Assembly (NCBI GenBank): GCA_032654565.1
Contig: JAULAX010000010.1
Span: 160,001 to 224,000 of the forward strand
Length of the DNA stretch: 64,000 bases
Reading direction: 5' to 3'
Origin: Anaeromyxobacteraceae bacterium
Lineage (GTDB): Bacteria > Myxococcota > Myxococcia > Myxococcales > Anaeromyxobacteraceae
Shown: positions 59,249-64,000 of the stretch, piece after piece
Layout: the number at the start of each line of letters is the position of its first letter
Position numbering within the stretch: the first letter of the stretch is position 1
Position numbers and translations under genes: made by a program
The notes under the pieces: model-generated
Told to the model about the DNA's origin: nothing
The model's input: only the letters and a program-made list of their open reading frames with translations
Databases searched by the model: none

Positions 59249-59279
59249 AGCAGACTCTCCCTGCGAGTTGAGGGCGCGC

Positions 59280-59308
59280 TATGTACCGCCCGCGCCTTGG
59301 AGAGTCAA
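59280..59308 (-). promoter_or_regulatory. Possible sigma70 promoter of rpsT
   Basis: TTGACT-N17-TACATA on the minus strand; the -10 is weak. Confidence 0.4.
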
Positions 59309-59567
59309 GGGGTTGCGTCGTGGCCGGGCCGGCGGCGCGCCGGAAGGCCGGGCGGGAAGGGTGCCGGGGGCCCGTCGTGGGATCAATGGGCATGGCGCGC
59401 GGGCCTTAGAGCCACAAGGCCGCGCTCGCCAGTTGAGCGCCGCAGCCTTGCGACACAACGGCCAGCCAGCGAGCCGATCGGCCCGGCTTAGCGGCGCAAT
59501 GGAAGCCCGCGCGGGTGCTGCGCGCTCCCGCGCCGCACCTGCGGAAGATCGCCACTGAACCGGAGAG

Positions 59568-59576
59568 TTATCCACC
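59568..59576 (+). promoter_or_regulatory. DnaA-box-like site
   Basis: TTATCCACC, 8/9 match to TTATCCACA. Confidence 0.55.
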
Positions 59577-59747
59577 GCTGGCCATCCGCCGGGCCCTCGG
59601 AGCGCAGGAATGCACCGAAGGTGTGTCGAAGGGTGGAGATACCGCCACCTATCTGCATGGAATCATGGAGCAAAACGGCGTGACTATATGTTCCCGGGGG
59701 GTGCCGGTTCGGCGACATTGGCCCGCTGCGGCGAGGTCCGCCGGGAG

Positions 59748-59756
59748 TTATCCACG
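59748..59756 (+). promoter_or_regulatory. DnaA-box-like site overlapping the mazG stop codon
   Basis: TTATCCACG, 8/9 match. Shares GAGTTATCCAC with the copy 180 bp upstream. Confidence 0.5.
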
Positions 59757-60605
59757 TTCTTTCCCCAATGGCGCCGCCCCGCGCCCCGGCTGGGTATGGG
59801 CTGACGATTTCGCTTGATCCTCCAGCCCCTTCGCCTCGTCCCAGAGCAGGTCCATCTCCGCCAGGGTGGCGGTGCCCGGGGCCGCGCCGCGCCGGGCCAG
59901 CTCCGCCTCGACGTGCGTGAAGCGGGAGATGAACCGCCCCACGGTGCCGCGCAGCGCCTCCTCGGGAGCGATCCCCAGCTTGCGGGCCAGGTTGGCCAGG
60001 GCGAAGAGGGTGTCACCCAGCTCGCGCTCGATCTCGGCCCGCCGCCCCGAGGCGATGGCCTCGTCGAGCTCCCCCAGCTCCTCGGTCACCTTGGCCCGGG
60101 CGCCGCTGGCGTCGGGCCAGTCGAAGCCGACCCGGCTGGCCTTCTCGGTGAGCCGGTCGGCCCGCGCCAGGGCCGGGAGCTCGCGCGGGACCCCCTCCAG
60201 CGCGCTCAGGCCGCCGCCCTTCTTCCGCTTCTCCTCCCGCTTCAACGCCGCCCACTGCGTCAGCACCTCGGCGGCGTCCTTGACCTGGCCGTCGCCGAAG
60301 ACGTGGGGGTGGCGGGAGACCAGCTTGTCGGAGATGGCGTCGGCGACGTCGGCGAAGGCGAAGGCTCCGGCCTCCTCGCGCAGCCGGGCCTGGAAGACGA
60401 TCTGCAGCAGCAGGTCCCCCAGCTCCTCGCGGTGGGCGGCGGCGTCGCCGGAGTCGATGGCCTCCAGCACCTCGTAGGTCTCCTCGAGGACGTAGGGGCG
60501 GAGGGTCTCCAGGGTCTGCTCCAGGTCCCAGGGGCAGCCGCCGGGCGAGCGGAGGCGGGCCATGATGGCGAGGAGGCGCTCGATGGCTTCGGAGGGGCGT
60601 GACAT
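59748..60605 (-). CDS. mazG: Nucleoside triphosphate pyrophosphohydrolase MazG
   Basis: LRSPGGCPWD, EETYEV, EELGDLLLQ, RHPHVF, GFDW and ELGDTLFA. Confidence 0.95.
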   Translation of the reverse strand: MSRPSEAIERLLAIMARLRSPGGCPWDLEQTLETLRPYVLEETYEVLEAIDSGDAAAHREELGDLLLQIVFQARLREEAGAFAFADVADAISDKLVSRHPHVFGDGQVKDAAEVLTQWAALKREEKRKKGGGLSALEGVPRELPALARADRLTEKASRVGFDWPDASGARAKVTEELGELDEAIASGRRAEIERELGDTLFALANLARKLGIAPEEALRGTVGRFISRFTHVEAELARRGAAPGTATLAEMDLLWDEAKGLEDQAKSSAHTQPGRGAAPLGKERG

Positions 60606-60652
60606 TGGACGTGTTTAGCCCAGGGGAGGGCGTGCTAGCATCCCTTCCTCGC

Positions 60653-62797
60653 GTGCCGACCCGGAAGACGCTCCTCGCCATCGCCGTCCTCGCGCTCCTC
60701 CCTTCGCTGGCGCGGGCGCAGGTCTCGTCGCCCGCCCCGGTGGACGACGAGCGGGAGGCGCCGCTCCCCGACGAGCCGTCGCCGCTGCGCAAGGCCAGGA
60801 GGGAGCCGCCGGGCCAGGCCGCCGACGGCGCCACCGAGCCGGGCCGGCCGGTCCCGCCAGGGGCCGGCAAGGTCGGCGAACCCGTCCCCGAGCCTCCGGC
60901 GCCGGATCCTTCGGCGGCCAACGCCCCGGACAGCCTGCCGGCGCCACAGCAGCCCCGGCCCCCGGAGCCGGCGCCGCTCCCGGCCGCCCGGCCCATCCTC
61001 CCGGTCGCCACCAGCCCCCAGGTCCTCTTCGAGCGGTGGGCGGAGCGCCGGACCGCCCTGCGCGAGCAGGACCCGGCCCGGGCGGCGGCGGCGGCGGCGG
61101 CGGTGCTGGCCGCCCGGCGTGAGCTGGCCATCGAGAACCTGGTCCCCTTCGCCTTCAGCGAGGTGCGCAACGCCAACCGGTCGCTGGAGGCGGGGGTGCT
61201 GGCCGATGCCCTGGCCCACGCCGAGCTGGCCGTCCAGCTGGCCCCGGAGCTGGCCGACGCCCACGCCGCGCTGGCCCGGGTCCGCTTCGCCCGGGCGCCG
61301 GGCGAGCCGGGGGCGGTGCTGGCGGCGCTCGGTGACGCGGCCCGGGCCGCCTTCGGTGAGCCGCACACCCGGCGGGCCTTCCTCGCCGACCTGGTGGCGG
61401 CGCTGTTCGCGGCGGTGCTGGCGGCCGCGGCGGCGGCGCTGGCGGTGCTGCTGCTCCGCTCGCTCCGGCTCTTCCTCCACGACTTCCACCACCTGCCGCT
61501 GCTGCGCGGCTCGGCGAGCATCCAGGCCGGCTTCCTCGGCCTGGTGCTGCTGGCGACGCCGGTGGCCTTCGGCCTCGGGCCGCTGGCCTTCATCGCCGTG
61601 GCCCTGGTGGCGGCCTGGCTCTACCTCTCGGTGTCCGAGCGGCTGGCCATGACGGTGGCGCTGCTGGTGGTCGCCGCCATCCCATGGGCGGGGCAGGAGG
61701 CGGCCCGCTCCATCGCCTGGACCGGCACGCTGGCCGAGTCGGTCCACGAGCTCGAGCACGGCGCCCCCGGCGACGCCGAGGTGGCGGCGCTGACCGCCCT
61801 CGCCGCCCAGGGCGGCGCCCCGTCGCCGCTGGCCGCGGCCCTGGGCCGCCACGCCAAGCGGCTGGGCGACCTGCCGGCCGCGGCGCGCTGGTACGCCGAG
61901 GCCCTGCGGATCGATCCGCGGGCGGCCGAGGTGGAGGTGAACCTGGGAAACGTCCTCTTCCTGCAGGGTGACCTGGCCGGGGCCAAGGCCTCCTACCTGG
62001 CCGCGGTGGACCATTCGGCGGGGGACCGGACCATCCAGGCGGCGGCCCACTACGACCTCTCCAAGCTCTACCTGCGGTCGTCGGACATCGAGCGCTCCAG
62101 CGCCGCCCGGGACCGGGCCGAGCAGGAGGACGGCCCCTACCTGCGCCGCTTCGGGGCCGACGACGACTTCTCCGCCAACCGGTACCTGGTGGACGTGCCG
62201 GTGCCGGCGGCCAAGGTGCTGGCGCTGGCCGGCGTGGACGGCATGCCCGAGGCGGTCCGCGACGAGCTCCGGCACCGGCTGGCCGGGGCCCTGCCGCCCT
62301 GGACCTGGCCCTGGGTGCCGCTGGGGCTGGCGGCCCTGCTCTGGGGGCTGGCGCTGCTCCAGGCCCGGCTCGATCCGTCCCACCCCTGCCAGAAGTGCGG
62401 CCGCCCGGCCTGCCGCCGCTGCGACGCCGGCAGCGGCCCGCTCTGCGGCCAGTGCGTCAACGTCTACGTGAAGAAGGGCGTGGTCGACGCCCGGGACCGG
62501 CTGCGCAAGGACGCCGAGGTGAAGCGTCACGGGCAGGTCCAGCTGCTGCTGGCGCGGGCCCTGGCGCTGCTCAGCGGCGGCGGCGGCCACCTCTACGGGG
62601 GGCAGCCGTGGCTGGGGCTGGTGCTCCTGACCGCGCTGCTCTTCTTCGCCTTCCTCACCTGGTTCTGGCGCGGCCTGATGCCGCCGCCGCTCCCCACCCC
62701 CTACCTGCTGGTCGGCAAGCTGGTCACCATCCTCCCGGCGGCGCTGGTCATCTACCTGGTCGCGGTGCGCGACCTCTTCCGCCGCACCCGGCCCTAG
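60653..62797 (+). CDS. Multi-pass membrane TPR protein with a Cys-rich zinc-finger-like segment; start uncertain
   Basis: Signal peptide, Pro-rich linker, TPR-like helices (EVNLGNVLFLQGD, AAAHYDLSKLY), TM segments and CQKC..ACRRC..LCGQC. Confidence 0.8.
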   Translation: MPTRKTLLAIAVLALLPSLARAQVSSPAPVDDEREAPLPDEPSPLRKARREPPGQAADGATEPGRPVPPGAGKVGEPVPEPPAPDPSAANAPDSLPAPQQPRPPEPAPLPAARPILPVATSPQVLFERWAERRTALREQDPARAAAAAAAVLAARRELAIENLVPFAFSEVRNANRSLEAGVLADALAHAELAVQLAPELADAHAALARVRFARAPGEPGAVLAALGDAARAAFGEPHTRRAFLADLVAALFAAVLAAAAAALAVLLLRSLRLFLHDFHHLPLLRGSASIQAGFLGLVLLATPVAFGLGPLAFIAVALVAAWLYLSVSERLAMTVALLVVAAIPWAGQEAARSIAWTGTLAESVHELEHGAPGDAEVAALTALAAQGGAPSPLAAALGRHAKRLGDLPAAARWYAEALRIDPRAAEVEVNLGNVLFLQGDLAGAKASYLAAVDHSAGDRTIQAAAHYDLSKLYLRSSDIERSSAARDRAEQEDGPYLRRFGADDDFSANRYLVDVPVPAAKVLALAGVDGMPEAVRDELRHRLAGALPPWTWPWVPLGLAALLWGLALLQARLDPSHPCQKCGRPACRRCDAGSGPLCGQCVNVYVKKGVVDARDRLRKDAEVKRHGQVQLLLARALALLSGGGGHLYGGQPWLGLVLLTALLFFAFLTWFWRGLMPPPLPTPYLLVGKLVTILPAALVIYLVAVRDLFRRTRP

Positions 62798-62806
62798 GAG
62801 CGACGC

Positions 62807-64000
62807 GTGGCGCTGAAGGGGACGCTCAAGGACTTCGGGATCGCAGAGATCCTCCAGCTCATCGGCCAGCAGGCCAAGAGCGGGGTGCTGCACCTGGAGT
62901 CGCGCGACGACGTCATCCACATCGCCATCGCCGACGGCAACGTGGTCCGCGCCGAGTCGGCGGGGCGCAAGGCGCGGGAGAAGCTCGGCATGCTGCTGGT
63001 GCGGGCCGACGTCATCACCCAGCGCCAGCTCGACGCCGCCCTCGATCTCCAGCAGCGGACGCTGCGGCGGCTCGGCGACATCCTCGTCGAGCTGGAGTAC
63101 GTCAGCGTGGCGCGGCTGCGGGAGATGACGGCGCTGCAGACCACCGAGACGGTCTACAAGCTCTTCCACTGGAAGAGCGGGACCTACGCCTTCGAGCCCG
63201 GCGACGTGGAGTGGGACCCGGAGACGGTGACCCCGGTCCGCGCCGAGTCGGTGCTGATGGAGGGGTTCCGGCAGGTCGACGAGTGGCCGCTGGTACGCAA
63301 GCGGATCACCTCGCGGGAGATGACCTTCTCGCGGATCCGGACCCCCGAGCCGGAGCGGGTCCGCAAGGGGTCGGTGGAGCAGGACGTCGACGCCGCCTTC
63401 GACGCGCTCGGCGACGGGCTCTCGCCCGAGGAGGAGGGGGAGGGGACCGACCAGTCCGAGGTGGCGCTGGGGCGCTCCGAGCGGCGGGCCTTCGAGCTGG
63501 CGGTGCCCGGCCGGACCGTCGACCGCATCGTCGATCTCTCCAGGCTGGGCGAGTTCGAGACCTGCAAGGCGCTGCAGAACCTGCTCAACCTCGGCTACCT
63601 GCGCGCCGAGGCCCCGACCCGGGCGCGGGGAGGCACGGTCGGCGCCTATGCCCGCGACCTGCGGCACCGCGGCCGGACCTGGGTGGTGCGCGGGGTGACC
63701 ACCGGCGCCCTGGCGGTGGCGCTGGCGGCGCTGGCCTTCTGGGTGGACCAGCGCGGCCTCGACGCCGGGGCGGGGGGGAGCGCCGTGGCCCTGGGCGACA
63801 ACCTGGCCCCGCGCACCCTGGCGCGCTACCAGCTGGCCAGGCTGCGCGGGGCGCTCGACGTCTACCGGGTGGAGCGGGGCGAGTATCCGGCCCGGCTCGA
63901 GGAGCTGATCGACGCCGGGCTGGTGGGGGCGCGCGACCTGCGCCACCCGTGGAGCCAGCCCTACCACTACCGGCGCCAGCCGGAGGGCGGCTTCGTGCTG
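62807..64000 (+). CDS. DUF4388 protein with an embedded MshEN-like motif pair, a TM helix and a GspG/pseudopilin-like C-terminal domain (3' truncated)
   Basis: Not in the ORF track. GTG after AGGAG gives MALKGTLKDFGIAEILQLIGQQAKSGVL, LFHWKSGTYAF and LMEGFRQVDEW, a TM helix, then ALDVYRVERGEYPARLEEL...HPWSQPYHY. Confidence 0.82.
   Translation, partial: MALKGTLKDFGIAEILQLIGQQAKSGVLHLESRDDVIHIAIADGNVVRAESAGRKAREKLGMLLVRADVITQRQLDAALDLQQRTLRRLGDILVELEYVSVARLREMTALQTTETVYKLFHWKSGTYAFEPGDVEWDPETVTPVRAESVLMEGFRQVDEWPLVRKRITSREMTFSRIRTPEPERVRKGSVEQDVDAAFDALGDGLSPEEEGEGTDQSEVALGRSERRAFELAVPGRTVDRIVDLSRLGEFETCKALQNLLNLGYLRAEAPTRARGGTVGAYARDLRHRGRTWVVRGVTTGALAVALAALAFWVDQRGLDAGAGGSAVALGDNLAPRTLARYQLARLRGALDVYRVERGEYPARLEELIDAGLVGARDLRHPWSQPYHYRRQPEGGFVL

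Noticed and set aside
59217..59817. Short ORFs in the rpsT-mazG intergenic region, and a dif site there
   Set aside because: The ORFs have atypical codon usage, no RBS and no motifs. No convincing XerD arm (TTATGTTAAAT-like) is present.
59748..60605. mazG as part of a toxin-antitoxin or anti-phage locus
   Set aside because: It is a full-length tandem-domain housekeeping type in a core-gene context, with no mazEF or defence genes adjacent.

Overview
Very GC-rich chromosomal window that looks like an Anaeromyxobacter-like myxobacterium (Myxococcota). This is an inference from gene content and order. The left half (1-33 kb) is accessory and rich in redox and envelope genes. It holds a di-heme peroxidase, a ~1650-aa lipoprotein cytochrome with ~37 heme motifs behind an FNR-like box, two tandem paralogous repeat lipoproteins, and a fused NfnA-NfnB-zinc-ribbon-rubrerythrin protein. 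It also holds tRNA-Arg(CCG), an orphan NapC/NirT cytochrome and a six-gene operon with overlapping ends. That operon joins a heme lipoprotein, a CxxCH-bearing outer-membrane beta-barrel and a small cytochrome c to a SiaA/SiaB/SiaC-like phosphatase-kinase-switch triad with no output gene, and is the best candidate for an undescribed system. The right half is mostly housekeeping: yceD-rpmF-plsX-fabHDG-acpP-fabF-rpiB-glyA-nrdR-ribD-ribE-ribBA-ribH-nusB. This runs directly into a chemosensory cluster lacking receptor and CheY genes but containing an ExeA-like ATPase and a HEAT protein. It is followed by asnS, leuS-lptE, rpsT, an intergenic region with DnaA-like boxes, mazG, a TPR membrane protein and a DUF4388/MshEN-like/pseudopilin-like fusion. 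No CRISPR array, rRNA, integrase or transposase was seen. All family calls are by-eye motif recognition; no searches were run.
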